Source: Felis catus
Taxonomy: Eukaryota
Reading direction: 5' to 3'
DNA length: 64,000 nucleotides
Assembly (NCBI RefSeq): GCF_018350175.1
Contig: NC_058368.1
Location: forward strand, 232,006,001-232,070,000
How positions within the stretch are numbered: position 1 is the stretch's first letter; the number at the start of each line of letters is the position of its first letter. The position numbers and the translations under genes were made by a program. Shown one piece after another: positions 26,092 through 39,829 of the stretch. The notes below the pieces were generated by a model. It was given only the letters and a program-made list of their open reading frames with translations. It was not told the origin of the DNA and made no database searches.

Positions 26092-26476
26092 TTTTATTTT
26101 ATTTTATTAAAAATTTTTTTTCGATGTTTATTTTTGAGACAGAAAGAGACAGAGACAGAGCATGAGCAGGGGAGGAGCAGAGAGAGAGGGAGACATAGAA
26201 TCTGAAGCAGGCTCTAGGCTCCAAGCTGTCAGCACAGAGCCCGAGGCGGGACTTGAACTCATGAACCGTGAGATCATGACCTGAGCCGAAGTCAGACGCT
26301 CAACTGACTGAGCCACCCAGGCGCCTCTATTTTATTTTATTTTATTTTTTAATGTTTATTTCTGAGAGTGGTGGAGAGGGGCAGACACATGAGCTTGAAC
26401 TCATGAACCATGAGATCATGACCTGAGCTGAAATCAAGAGTCTGATGCTGAATGGACTGAGCCACCCAGGTGCCCC
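26092..26476 (-). mobile_element. Nested CanSINEs (26092-26326 inserted at the tail of an internally deleted copy, 26327-26476)
   Basis: Outer TSD aaaatcttatc on both sides of the pair. Confidence 0.88.
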
Positions 26477-27937
26477 AAAATCTTATCCTTATTTTAAGTG
26501 TGAAGGAGGAGTTGAAGAGTAAATGTGGAGTGAATACAGTTTGGATTAGGTGGAAGTTTTCTTGGATTGGTTCTCCTGTCTTACTCTGACATCAAGGCCA
26601 GGTCAGCAACCATGGTCACACTGGAGAGACGAAGCATTATGCCTACGCCAGCAGATAGCAGTGCTGAATTTTTCTGTTGCCCACATGACAAGGAAAAGAC
26701 AACATCCAGGTTTCTAAATTTAGTTTGTTTACTCATTTAAAACATCACATTAACCTTCTATTTCCTGGAGCTTTCTTCGTGTTGAATAAAGAAGGTCCAT
26801 GAATAGACCCTAGCTTTAGGAAGAGTTATTCCTTCATTTCTCCTTTCCTTTCCCATCCCCGACCTGTGATTCAGGGGTGGACTCAGCCTCGTCACATGTG
26901 TTGCACCAGGCAGGACTCAGTCTCCCTCACAATCAAGAGCGTAGCGACGTTGTGTGCCTGTTGAAATGAAGACACTCCTCTAATCTGTGCAGCAAAGTTG
27001 TGGTAAAGCTGTTTGATCATTGCCCCCTTGAAGGCACCTCTGGCTGCACGTCAGAAAGGCCACAAACCCTATGAAGTAAAATCAATGAGGTGGGACCCCG
27101 ACGCCAGGCTGGCAGTGGCTGCTCATGGTAGCTCCCAGACTAACGATCGATGATTGTCATTCTCCTTTGTATTTTTGATTTTTCTGCCCCTCAGTTCCCT
27201 GGCGTTAGCACACAGAGCGTTTTTGCTTCTGTTTGTTTGAAGATAAAAGCGGGGGTCCAGCCCGTCAATAATTTAATCTGTATTTACTGAGTACCTCTTA
27301 TGGGCTGGTTTCAGTCATGGGGGTTACCCCAAGAAACACAACAGGTAGGAATCTTGGTGGGCACTGAGTTTACATTTTCTTAGGGGAGACAGACAGGAAT
27401 AAGATGATAGAACGTGGAGTGAGTTACGTAATGATAAGGGCTGAGGAAGAATAGCAGGGAGTGAGCTAAATATGGGAGGGGTCTTGCCATTTCATCAAGG
27501 TAACCGGGTGTGCCTGACGGTCACCTGTCATCTCTCAGATACACCCTTGCCCCCTTTATATTCTGCTCTGTGTGACTGGGCAGGGAGTCAGAGACCTCTC
27601 TCGGGCTCCCATGCCAGCTGGGCTTCTGTTGGGATGTGTGAATGGGAGGAGGCAGCAGAGGCTGGAGAGCAACGGGGAAGGTCACGTTCATGCCCCCAGC
27701 AGGCGAATGCAGCGGAGGGGTCAGGTGAGTCCACCCTGGTAGCAGGAAGTGCTTTTTGGCAATTTCCACTTGAGTCAGAGCTGCTGGACAAGGATGCAGC
27801 AGCAGATACAGGCTTATGGGCTCCGGCCCAACTCATTGAGCTGCTCATCTCTGTGGGTCCCGTGTTCTTCCCTTTGGCTTTCCCAGGGCCCGAAACTTCA
27901 TCCTTGGGCTTTTTCAGGTCTCTCACTATCTTTTCTT

Positions 27938-28151
27938 TTTTTTTTTTTTCAACGTTTATTTATTTTTGGGACAGAGAGAGACAGAGCATGAACGAGGGAG
28001 GGGCAGAGAGAGAGGGAGACACAGAATCGGAAACAGGCTCCAGGCTCTGAGCCATCAGCCCAGAGCCCGACGCGGGGCTCGAACTCACGGACCGCGAGAT
28101 GGTGACCTGGCTGAAGTCGGACGCTTAACCGACTGCGCCACCCAGGCGCCC
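27938..28151 (-). mobile_element. Young SINEC_Fc with 16-bp TSD
   Basis: TSD ctcactatcttttctt at 27922-27937 and 28152-28167; CpGs retained. Confidence 0.96.
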
Positions 28152-28169
28152 CTCACTATCTTTTCTTAA

Positions 28170-28367
28170 AGTCATTTTTAAATTTATTGTTTTAGAGAGA
28201 GAGAGTTAGGGAGAGGGCAGAGGGAGAGAGAGTGAGAATCGTAAGCAGACGCCAGGCTCAGCTCAGCTCAGAGCCTGATGCGGGGCTTGATCCTGTGATC
28301 TTGGGAATCATGACTGAGCGGAAATCAAGAGTCAGATACTCAACTGACTGAACCACCCAGATTCCCA
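28170..28367 (-). mobile_element. Older CanSINE
   Basis: gatgcggggcttgatcctgtgatc...gaaatcaagagtcaga motifs. Confidence 0.88.
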
Positions 28368-28469
28368 GGTCTCACATTATCTTTATAATAATTCGCCTGT
28401 GTTGAATTTTCTGTATTTGAGCTACCTAGAGTGGTTTCTGTTTTCCTGGAAGGATTATGATGCATATGA

Positions 28470-29410
28470 AAAAAGGCACTGAGTCTAGGCTTAAAGGAGG
28501 TGAGGGGCAAACCATGGGGATAACTGAGGAAAGAGTGTTCTAGGTAGAGACAAGAACAAGCGCAAAGGCCCTGAAGTGGGATCGTGCTCGGCAGGCTTGA
28601 GTAACAGCAGGGAGGCTAGAATGACCCATGGAGTGAATCTTGGAGGAGAGTAACGGAGGTGAGGTCAGGAGGATAACAGGGACCAGATCCTGTAGGGCCT
28701 TTGTTTCGAGTAAGATGGGAAGCCACCGGGAGATTTGTTGTAGAGGATTGATGTGATCTAACAGGGCTTCGAAGAATCATGCTGGCTGCCACTGCAGGTG
28801 GATGGGTGGGATGTAGGATTGGGAGACCGGTTTCGGGGCTGGTGAATAATCTAGGCTGGAGGTCATGGTGGCTTGGACAAGGGTGGTCGCAGCAGACACA
28901 AGGAGCAGTGGTTGTGTTCTGGATACAGCTTGTTTTGGAAGTCAAGTCCAAGTATTTCCTTTCAGATTGTGTACGTGCTGTTAAGAGAAAGTGAAAGGCA
29001 AGAGGGACTCTAAGCGTTTTGACTTGAGCAACTGAAAGGGTGGAAGAGTGAGGGAGATGAGAAAAAGTATAAGACAGTCACCTTGGGAAGTGGTAATGCA
29101 GCTCAGTTTGGGGCATGCTAAGTTTGAGATGCTTCTTTGGCATTCAGGTGGAAATGTCAAATAGTTGCGTCCACAGGTCTGGGGTCCTGGGGAGCAGTCT
29201 TGACTGGAGGTAGACATTTGGGAGTTATTAACATATAGATATCATTTACATCTGTAAGTCTGGCTGAGGTCTCTAAGGGAAAGAGTATACATAGAAAAGA
29301 ACAGGTGTAATGGGTGAGCCATGGAGTAATTCAGTACACAGAGTTTGGAGAGATGAGACAACAAATAGGATGGAGAAGGAACGTTCAGAAACGCCCTAGG
29401 AGTCAAGTGA
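28470..29410 (-). mobile_element. L2 LINE fragment
   Basis: gcaaaggccctgaagtggga, gatgggaagcca, ctcagtttggggcatgctaagtttgagatg motifs. Confidence 0.75.
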
Positions 29411-30759
29411 ACACAAAGTTCCTTTCACAGTGACCTAGCAGGCTAAAAACTAGAGATTTGGCTCTGAACGTCAGAAAGCAGGAAGCCAATATTAACATTG
29501 TCAGGAGGGAGTCCTCAGGTGCCGAAAGGCCCCAGAATCTCTAAGCCTAGACTGGGGTCTACCTAAGCAGAACTACTTGTCAGATGGATATCTGGCAGAT
29601 ACTCTAGATGACTGTGGGGCAAGCCACATAATTTGAATACGAATATCCCTTGAATAGTGGCCAAAGAAAGAATTGCCCTAGTGACATTTAAGAGACAGTA
29701 TTGTGTGAGGTTGCTACATATAAAAGGAGAAATCTCAGAAGTCAGTCTGGCCCTCTTAGTTGAGGTCAGTATTAGCCAGCTGTTGAGTAGAAAGAACAGT
29801 ATCGTCAGGAGACCGGATTTTGGGTTTGTGTCCTGTAACTTAGTAATGGTATGATTTTGGGTAAGTTAGTAATTCTGTGCCTCCATTAGCACTTGAAAAT
29901 AGGGGGGTGATAATGCTACCTTTGTAGGATTATTGAGCAGGGGAAATGAGAGTTTGTGTGTGTGTTTGGGTGCATATGAAATTACAAAGACCTGTGATGT
30001 CAGCTGTCATTATATCTGACATTAAAATTACCTGTCTTTGAGCTTAAATGGAGTCATTTAGCACTCCTAACTATGAGCAAGTTTGAAAACTCTGAGGCAC
30101 AGGAATTTGAGGAACTAGCAGTGATGAAGTGAACAAGAAATCTGAATATTTGGTCTTTGTGATTTTTTTTTTCTGAGTTTTAATGTTATTCACTGGATAA
30201 TGCAAAGGTATGCTGACAACTTCTCATTTGGAGTCAAAGGGAACATTTCAAATCATTACATGAATGGTTCAAGTCAGATTTAAACATATTCTGAATTTCT
30301 AAAAAATGGACTAGAATAATATAAGTACAATTCAGTAAAATTTAGAACTTATTTGCATGCTTTTATTTCTTAATTTCATAGGGTCAGCCCTACTTTTAAA
30401 AAGTGTATCTACAAAGATAAAGCCCCAGCACGGCATAAGCCCTCCATTTCATAGTGGGGAAACAAAAGACTAGATGACAAACTCATGAATCAATGTATAA
30501 ATCTGAAATCCAGATTAATTAGTTTGGGGACTAAAAATGCAAACCAGAGCAAAATATATGAATGTGTGACTTCTTCTTTCATGTTAGAGTATTTAACCAT
30601 AACATCTAATACTAACTTTAGAAATTGTACACAGATTGTCAGAGAGCTTCTGTAATATATATTTCTTGTTTGACCAAGATTTGATAAACAGACGATTTTT
30701 ATTTTTAGATGAAAAATGATATTTGGGATTTTATCAATTAGCCATGATGGAAATATGGG

Positions 30760-33304
30760 ATTTGATTTACCCTCTTGCATTCAACAAGAAAACCAGACAA
30801 AATATTAGGAACTACATTTTTTTCAGACAATGGACAATAGGCAGAGGGCAGAGCAAGATTGTAATTACTTAGACAAAGGAAACAGATGAGCCCCGTGATA
30901 GCCTCAGCTTACTGTAAGTAGTTTCCAAGGCAAAGTTCTGTGGTGGGGAATCAAAATATAGATCAGCATAAATCGTGTCTCAGTACATTTAAAGCAATTG
31001 AAATCATGCCTATGTGATTTTGAGCACATAAGAATCAAACTAAAAATCAATAACAGAATGATATGTGGAAAATTATGTTGGATTTAAGCAATATAATTCT
31101 AAGTCTCTAAGTCTTTGACTCAAAGATCAAAGAATAAGTCAAGAGGGAAATTCTAAAATGTTTTCATCTGAGTGCTGACAAAAGCACACCTTATCTAAAT
31201 TTGTGGGGTGCAGCTAAAACAGAGCTTAGGGGGGATTTATACATTGTTTGCTTATATTAGAGATAGAGGAAGATCTGTTATCAATGATTTTGAGATCTTA
31301 GGGAAGTACAAATATAAATCTATGGTAAATAGGAGGAAGAAGAAAATGAAGATAAGAGCATAAATCAGTTAAGTGGAAAATTATAATGAAGATCAGTTAA
31401 ACTAAAAGCTAATACTTTAAAAGATCAACAAAATCAATAAATCTCTAACCAGATTGGTTAGGAACAAGAGAGAAGACATATTTGTCAGTGTTAGGAATGA
31501 ATGAGGAGACAGCTCTACAGAGCCTACAGAAATGAAAGAGGATAGTAATAGAAAACAGTGAACAAGTTTATGCCAATAAACTTGATAACTTAGATGAAAT
31601 GGGCAAATACTTTGAAGATTCAGTCTTTCCAAGTTCACTCTAGAAGAAACAGATAACCTGAATAATTCAATATCCATTAAAGGAATTAAATTTATAGTTA
31701 AAAATCTTACAACAAAGAAAACTTCAAACCCAGGTGGCTTCAGTAGTGAATTTTGACAAATATTTAAGGGAAAGAAGAAAAGACACTCACAGGATGGTAT
31801 GCTTTTCAGCTTTTTAAAGAAGTCATCATTACTCTTTTACCAAAACCAGACAAGACATTACAAAATATAAAACTACAGATTAATATCTCTCACAAATGTA
31901 GGCGCAAAAATCCTTAATAACATTTTAGCAGTTGAATCTGGTAGTTTGTAAAAAGGATAATGTAGCATATCCAAGTGGGTTTTATCCCCTAAATGCAAGA
32001 TTAAGTGGGATTTCTAAGGTTTAACACTTGAAAATCAGTGTAAATCAATATATTGACTAAGTTAAAAAAAAATATCTCAATAGATGTAGAAGAACCATTT
32101 GATAAAGTTTAACACATGTTCATGGTAAAAACTCAGAGTAAAAGGTATTGCTATAACCTGACAAAAGGCAGCTTAAAAAATATGTAAATATAACATGATA
32201 CTTAACGGCAAAAGGCTGAATGCTTTCTCCACAAGGATGTTTACTCTTTTCCGTTTTAGTGCCTTTAGTTACCACTGTACTAACCACTGTGGAAGGTAAT
32301 AATAGATGAATACTATATTATAATAAAATTAATGTAAACAAATGACAGATTAGAAAGGAAGAATTTAAGTTGATTTCTTTTTTTCTTTTTCTTTTTTGCA
32401 AACTAGATTATCTATGTGGAACATCCTAATTAAAATTTTAAAAAAGAACTATTAGAACAAATAAGTGAATTCATGATTTTAAGATATATAGTGATTTAAA
32501 ACTTTTTTAATTGCATTGTGATACACTATCAACTAATAATTAGAAATTGAAATTAAGTTTTGTCATTTATAGTAGCATCTTAAATATGAAATAAGGATGC
32601 ATTTAACTAAATATATGCAGGAGGCGAAATTGAAAGCTATGGAACATTAATGAGAAAATTAAAAAGGCCTAAACAAATGGAGATAACTATTCATAATTCA
32701 GAAATTCAGTGTTGTTAAGGTGTCAATTCAGCTATGCCATATGCATTGCAATCTACAGGTTCATGCAAATTTAATCAGAATCTTAATTGTTCTTTTATTG
32801 TGTAAATCAAAAAATAGTTTAAAACTTAGATGGAAACAAAGAATTTAGAGAAGCTGAAACAGTTTTGAGGAAAAAAATAACAATGTTGGAAGGCTGACAA
32901 TACCTAAATTCAGGACAGTGTGGTGTTTGCACAAGGAGAAGCATATACATCAACATAACAGAAAGCAAAGACCAGAAATAGATACACATATATATTGTCA
33001 GTTAATTCTCAACAAAGTAGCTATGGTAATTTAATGATGAAATGATAGTCCTTTCAACAAATGTTGCTGGAAAAAATTAGATATCTCATATGCAAAGGTT
33101 AGCTGAAATGGATCATTGACCTAAAATTCAGAGCTATAATTATAAAATTTCTAGAAGGAAATTTATGAAGAAAAATTTCTGAGGGACACCTGGGTGGCTT
33201 AGTTGGTTGAATGTCCCACTGTTGATTTTGGCTCGGGTCATGATCCCAGGGTCATGGGATCAAGCACTGCATTGGGCTTCAAGCTGAGTGTGGAGCTTGC
33301 TGAA

Positions 33305-33349
<45 letters not shown>

Positions 33350-34450
33350 CTCACACACACTCAGCCCCTTCCCCTCTCTCACATGCATGTGCACACACGT
33401 TCTCTATATCCCTCTAAAGGAATATAGGGGATTTTTTTTCTAAAGAAAAAAAAATTCTAAGACCTTGAATTAGGCAAGGGTTTATTAGGATAGAAAAAGG
33501 ACAAAAAGCACGTATGTTTAAAAAAAATAAATTAGACCACACAAAATTTAAAAATAACTTGCTCTTCAGAGATACGCTTGAGAATACGGTAAAGCAAGCC
33601 AGATGTCATGTGGAAATATTTACCAAACGTGTATCCAGTAACGGTCTTGTGTCCGGCACATATAAGGAAACTTCCAATCTAGTAGGAAAATAATCCAAAA
33701 TTTAAAAAACGGCCTAGAGATTTAGACAATTCGAAAAATACTAACGACAGCCACGGTGTGGTACCTCTACGCACGCAACAGAGCGGCTGCAACCCAAAGA
33801 CTGATAGTGCCAAGCATTGGCGAAGATTTGGTAGAGCCTGACCTCTTCTACTTGGCTGTTGATAATACAAGAGGGTGAAGCCACTTTGGAAAACAGAGTT
33901 TCTTCAAAAGTTCAACATACACTTACCATGAATCCCAGCAAACCTGCCTGTAGATATTTGCCCAAAGGTAATGAAGAGCTGAATCATGTCTACAGAAAGA
34001 TTTGGATGCAAAGCTTCGTAACTGCTCTATTCTTACCAGCCATGACCTGAAAACCACCCAAAAGTCTGTCTGTGGGAGTGGACAAAATGGTTATGTGAAA
34101 TAGATACTACTGGGCAATAAAAAGAAACAAAATACTGGTAGAGACCATGGATGAATCTCGGAAGTATTATGCTAAGTGAAAGATGCCAGATCCAAAAACT
34201 ACATATTCTGTGTTAGCTCGGTACATGACATTCTATGGAAGATGAAACTAAAGTAACAGAATATTTACTAATGGGTGCCTGGCACAAGGCAGGCGAAAGA
34301 ATTCACTGCAAGCGTTTCTGAGAAAACCTGTGAGCTGGTGCAGGTATTTTCTATGATGGCGACAGAGTTCATACATTTGTTTAAAGTCGTTGAGTTTGAG
34401 TGAGTAAACTGTGTCTCAGTTATACCTCAGTGAAGCTGATTTTAAAAAAA
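30760..34450 (+). mobile_element. Ancient L1 (L1M-class) with decayed ORF2 and 3' end
   Basis: Collinear ORF2 relics: IKLKIN (~31035), PGGFSSEF (~31730), PKPD, NYRLISL, QVGFIP, ISIDVEEPFDK (~32074). Many stops and frameshifts. 3' end tatacctcagtgaagctgattttaaaa. Confidence 0.88.
33183..33455 (+). mobile_element. CanSINE inserted in the L1
   Basis: gggacacctgggtggcttag head, (CT)n expansion, flanking aagaaaaa(a)tt(t)ct repeats. Confidence 0.88.
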
Positions 34451-35151
34451 AATAAGTTTCGACTCTAACGGAGAAGCACAGACGTGTCAAGAATGTAGGG
34501 TTTCGTCATCCAACTGCTTAAGAAATAGCTTGAGTTTGTCAAAACGGTGCTTAGCACGAAGGCCAAACTTTATGTGACAACTTTACAATGAGAAAGATAA
34601 TTATGAATGATATATTACGCAACATTTAATAAAATGTATGTATATGTGTCTATGCATCAGCAAAGGTACTTAAAATTCAAGCCAAGGTACTCATGTCTTT
34701 AATGAAAAACTGACTGCATAAACTGTTTAATCAGTAAAGTTTGTTTCACCAAAGTTATATTAAGAGATAAGAGCCCTACAGTCCAGGTCAACCTGATAGA
34801 AGACGAGTAATACACATAGAAAGCTTCTTTTTCAAATAGTAGTTCACTCAATGGTAATCTTTGGAGGAACATAGTTTTGACTCGTGTGTGCTTTGAGAAG
34901 ATGCCATCGTATCTGGAAATTGCTGATTTGTAGGTCACGTCTTAATTTAAGAGATAGAACACTTCTTGGGATTGGCAGCCATTAAAACCATAGAGAAGAA
35001 ACAAGAGAGGCATACACTTAGTACTTTGGGTTGTAAACCAAGCATGTAGCTCTTCATTTTCCTTTTGAAGGCTGATTTTCTATACGCGGTCATTTGCTTT
35101 TTCCCACTTCTACAATAAGAAATGGGGTAATAAGAGGACCCACTAGTATAA

Positions 35152-35382
35152 AGCAGCTCTGTGCAATAGAATTTTCTGTGATGACAGAAATGCTTCTATT
35201 CTGGGCTGGCAAATATGGTAGCCGTTAGCCATCTGTGGAGCTGTTGAGGACTGAAATGTTACTAGTGTAACTGAAGTGATGGGTTTTTAATTCCACCTAA
35301 TTTAAATTTAAATTTACTTAATTAGTTAAAACTAAAATACAAATAGTCATCTGTTGGTGGTGACTACCGTGTCAGATAGTGA
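35152..35382. mobile_element. MER3-like hAT-Charlie relic
   Basis: ctgtgcaatagaattttctgtgatgacagaaatg...aatatggtagcc...tgaaatgttactagtgtaactga. Confidence 0.75.
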
Positions 35383-36304
35383 TGTTTGGACCTTTGGCCT
35401 TTAGTACTGTATAATAACTGTAGGTGTAGGCTGTTGATCCTGTGTTTTTTCAAAGGCTCTTGTATCTTGACATCCTATCTAAGTCCGTTTTTTGTAAAGG
35501 GTCATGGTTCATGTTTTAAGAAAACTGGACCGAGAAGAGGAAAACTGTATAGTTGTTATACTTCTGCTATCAGCTACTTCTCTGATGTAAAAGGAATCTC
35601 CTGTTGTCTTTCATTTTTGGTCTCAATTTCTTTAAGTGAAAAATGAGTGTATTGGGCTATTACATCAAAGACATTGCCACACTCGTAACTCTTTAAACTA
35701 GGATAATAGGGGAGGCCAAGGGGCCTTTGGGACATGGTTTATCTCTTCAAGAAAACTCCCTCCTGTCTTAATCCTCAAACCATAACACAGTAGAATTCTG
35801 TATTGCAAGAACTAAATAGAAATTGAGATTTCTATTGGCATTGTTGACATTGAGAGCATTTTTATCACGAACGTGTAGCGGGAAACATTAATAAATTTTA
35901 TGTGAGGAATGGTTTGACCTTTCGTTTTCATACATTTCCACAATTAATTGATACATAAAAAGGTTAGATTCATATTCCACTAGATTTAGCAGGTTTTTTT
36001 GCTACCTAGAAGCAAATAATTCAGAGGTGAAATGTTAATATACATTTTAAGTCATCAATGCAGTGAAGTTTAGAAACTCTTACTCTGAAAGCTGTGTATT
36101 AAGCTTACAACATCAATTAGAAATATCTTGGCTGCAAGCAACAGATAACCGACCTAATAGTGGTTTAAACTGCAAGGCTGTTTATTGTTGCCCACCAGGA
36201 AGTACAGAAGCAGGCAGTCCAGGCTGGCTCAGAAGCTCCCCAGTGTCAGCAAAGACCTGGGCTCCATCATTTTCCTCCGTCAATCTCCTGGAGTTGGCTT
36301 TTGC

Positions 36305-36537
36305 TTTTTTTTTTTTTTTTTTTAATTTTTTTTTCATGTTTATTTATTTCTGAGACAGAGAGAGACAGAGCATGAGCCGGGGAGGGGCAGAGAGAGAGGG
36401 AGACACAGAATCCGAAGCGGGCTCCAGGCTCTGAGCCATCAGCACAGAGCCCAACGCGGGGCTCAGACTCACTAGCCGTGAGATCATGACCTGGGCCGAA
36501 GCCGGTGGGTCAACCTACTGAGCCACCCAGGTGCCCC
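36305..36537 (-). mobile_element. SINEC_Fc-type CanSINE
   Basis: Long T tail, typical body, ends caggtgcccc. Confidence 0.94.
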
Positions 36538-36579
36538 ATTGTTTTTATGCAGCTGGAAGCACTCAGAGTCAGGCAGCAT

Positions 36580-36759
36580 GGGCACCTGGGTGGCTCGGTT
36601 GTTTAAGCGTCTGACTAGATTTTGGCTCAGGTCATGGTCTCACGGTTCATGAGATCAAGCCTCACGTTGGGCTCTGTGCTGACAGTGTGGAGCCTGCTTG
36701 GGATTCTGGCTCTCCCTCCCTCTCTGCTCCTCCTCCACTCGCTCCTGCATGCTCGCTCA

Positions 36760-36794
<35 letters not shown>

Positions 36795-36837
36795 TCTCTC
36801 AATAAGTAAATAAATAAATAAATAAATATTTTTAAAA
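36580..36837 (+). mobile_element. CanSINE, head-to-head with the previous copy
   Basis: gggcacctgggtggctcgg head, (CT)n, (AAAT)n tail; flanking aggcagca repeats. Confidence 0.93.
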
Positions 36838-37146
36838 CATTAGGCAGCAGTGGGAGTCAGGCAGGATAGCCAACCTCTTTGCTCATGTGTTTCATATCTG
36901 AAATCTACAAAAGTAACATCTCCCCTGGAAACCTTGTGCAGAATTGTTTACATGTAAGTGGTCAGAGCTGTGTCACATGCCTGCCCCAGGCACAAGGGGA
37001 AAGGAAGTGTCCTGCAAATGACAATGGGAAAAATCATGATTTAATTCCTGAGTCCATTAGGTGTGGTAACAGGGGTGAGGCGAGGAACTCACCCTGGATG
37101 CAATTTTAAGAGGTATAAAAAGTCAGTAATGAAGATAAAAAATAAG

Positions 37147-37181
<35 letters not shown>

Positions 37182-37189
37182 CACACACA

Positions 37190-38128
37190 CAGTAAAACCT
37201 TGGTTTGCAAACATGATTCATTCGGAAATATGCTTGTAATCCAAAGCACTTGCATATCAGAGCGAATTTCCCCACAAAAAATAATGGAAACTCAGATGAT
37301 TCGTTCTACAACCCAAAAATATTCGTATGAAAATGGTTACAATACTGAGATATAATACAGAATAATAAAGAAAATATAAAATATAAAGAAAAATAAGGAA
37401 ATTATCTGAACTTTTGAAAATTTTCATGGCTCATGTGAGGGGGACAAGAGAGAGAGGGTTATTGTGTAGGACGACTTTCACTATCACTAACAGAATCACT
37501 GCTATCTATTGGCTCAGTGGAATTTTTTTCTGCGTGGGGGCCGTTGTATACACTCACATGGCTGTTGACTGCAGTGAAGTATTAAAAAACCCTTGTTGGG
37601 GCACCTGGGTGGCTCGGTCGGTTAAGTTTCCAACTTCAGCTCAGGTCAAGATCTCACAGCATCTGAGTTCGAGCCCCGCGTCAGGCTCTGTGCTGACAGC
37701 TCGGAGCCTGGAGCCTGTTTTGATTTGTGTCTTCATCTCTCTCTGCCCCTCCCCTGTTCGTGTTCTGTCTGTCTCTCTCTCTTTCTCTCTCTCTCTCAAA
37801 AATAAATAAACATTAAAAAAAACCTCATCATATGCTGTATTTAATATAACTGGAATTAAGGCAACAGAGGAAAGGGTCTACATCTGCAGGCATCCTGACC
37901 TAGAATGAAGCAAGACATTCCTAAGCTTATTCTTGGATCGAAAAGCAAAGGACTGTCCATAGGTGCTTTGAAGTGACAAAAAGGACACCAGTGCCAGTTG
38001 TGGGCACCTTCCAGTGTTCTTAATCACCGATTTCTGCCAAACACCGTGGCCTGAGACCGAGCATCCAAGGATGAGAGATGATCACCCACAATCCCACAAG
38101 GATAGAGTGAGAGAGCGAGAGCGAGAGC

Positions 38129-38166
<38 letters not shown>

Positions 38167-38309
38167 CATTGGCTCAGTTGTGACCGTGTGACGTTTGGCA
38201 TCATGTACTACTTGTATTGCAAGGCATGGCTCATTTATCAAGTTAAGATTTATTAGAAACGTTTGCCCGTCTTCTGGAACACTCGCAGAACAAGTTACTC
38301 GCAATCCAG
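37190..38309. mobile_element. Tigger (TcMar)-like DNA transposon relic with nested SINE
   Basis: Left end cagtaaaaccttggtttgcaaa; right end tactcgcaatccag is a partial inverted copy; flanked by TA-derived microsatellites. Confidence 0.65.
37598..37823 (+). mobile_element. SINEC_Fc-type CanSINE
   Basis: ggggcacctgggtggctcgg head, gagttcgagccccgcg B-box, aataaa tail. Confidence 0.94.
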
Positions 38310-39829
38310 TATGCATGTATGTATATATACGCTATGTATATGTATATAATGCAATATTTAAAAAGAATACACATTAATGACAAAAAATATCTAGGATGAA
38401 CAAACTCTCCAGATTATAAATGAAGACGGGTTTCCTACTTTCCTCCTGAACCCTATTGGGGCTCCATTGTCATAATTTCAAATGTGGATAGTTTGTTCAT
38501 CACGGATTTTTTTGCATTAATTTAGACTGCCAAAAAATACTGGATTAAAATATTATATCACTGAACTTTTTTTTGCTGCCCTCTTAAATTTTACGCTGTA
38601 GGTGAGACCTCACTGCGTCCCAGCCCTTCCTGTTTAACCAAATTGGGTTCTGTTAGCAAGGAAGAAAGATAAAGCAGCTAACCTTGTCTGCACAGCTGTG
38701 TAATTGGTTCTGGTGTGACTGCCCCATGAATATTCATAAATGTATGTTCTTATATATGCTTCATGGAATATGTCTCTCCTTTTATATTTTAAAGCCCTGC
38801 TTGATAAACAGAGCGTATACTCCATCTCGTGCTTCATTCACACAGGGGATCTTTCTGAGTAATGAGGACTCCTTACATTTTTGATTAAATAACTAACTCG
38901 GTAGTCTATTGGTAGGAAACAGAAAACTTACCCCGAGCAGATTGTGCCCAACCAAATCTGAGATACCATGAAGAAGAGCAAGCATTTCTCATTTTTGTAT
39001 TTTCTCATATTAAAAAAAAAAAAAACATTGTTGAATAGCTTGAAATGTAAACATGATTCATGAGAGGCTGGGTGTTTTCTCGTGTCTCTTGAAATGGACA
39101 ATGGGAATTTGACTCTTCGAGAATGACTAAGCAGGTTGTCAAAGGACTCATGTAATATTGTGGAAATTATCCTTATGTAATATGAAAACTGGTACAAAAG
39201 AACTCATCCTTCCTTTAATTTTAATCTCTATCTTTGGTCTGATTAACTGCTAGTTGATGTCGAGAAGCTGTTTATTTGAAACCTCTTAAGCCTTTTTTCC
39301 TAAGGGGCATGATTAAAAACAAGCCAACTCTCACTGGGAATGCTTTAAAATTCTATCAGGCTGTTCTTGTGAATATAAGTAATTCTCCTGCAGTGAAAAT
39401 TTCTTATGAAAAAAATTCATCTAGACCTGTGAAGCCTGACTGATATAGATATGTAGTAGGAATTTCATGCAAGGCTATAAAATAAGTTTGTATTAAGGGC
39501 CAAATGTATTATTCACACCATTTATAAGATATAAATTCTTCAATCTCAGAAGTGTCTGCACAGAATTGTTCAATGTCTTGTCTGATTTAATTCAGCTTTT
39601 GAAAGCTCTTGAGAGCAATGTTTGGAATTTAGGGGATAAAAAGGGAAGAACATATGGAAATAATAAATTTACATAGTTGGTTGTTAAAGATGCCTGCTAT
39701 GAGCAAATTTAATGTGCACAGCAGTGATAGAAAAAGTGGGAAGGTTATACTGAACTTTGCACGTGTTTATCATTACTGTTCTTATTTAAGACTTTCCCTT
39801 ACCCCTGAGCCAAACCTGAGCACCCAGTA

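Noticed and set aside
30990..33180. Functional reverse transcriptase or domesticated L1 gene
   Set aside because: Motifs are scattered over different frames with many stops; no long plus-strand ORF exists here.
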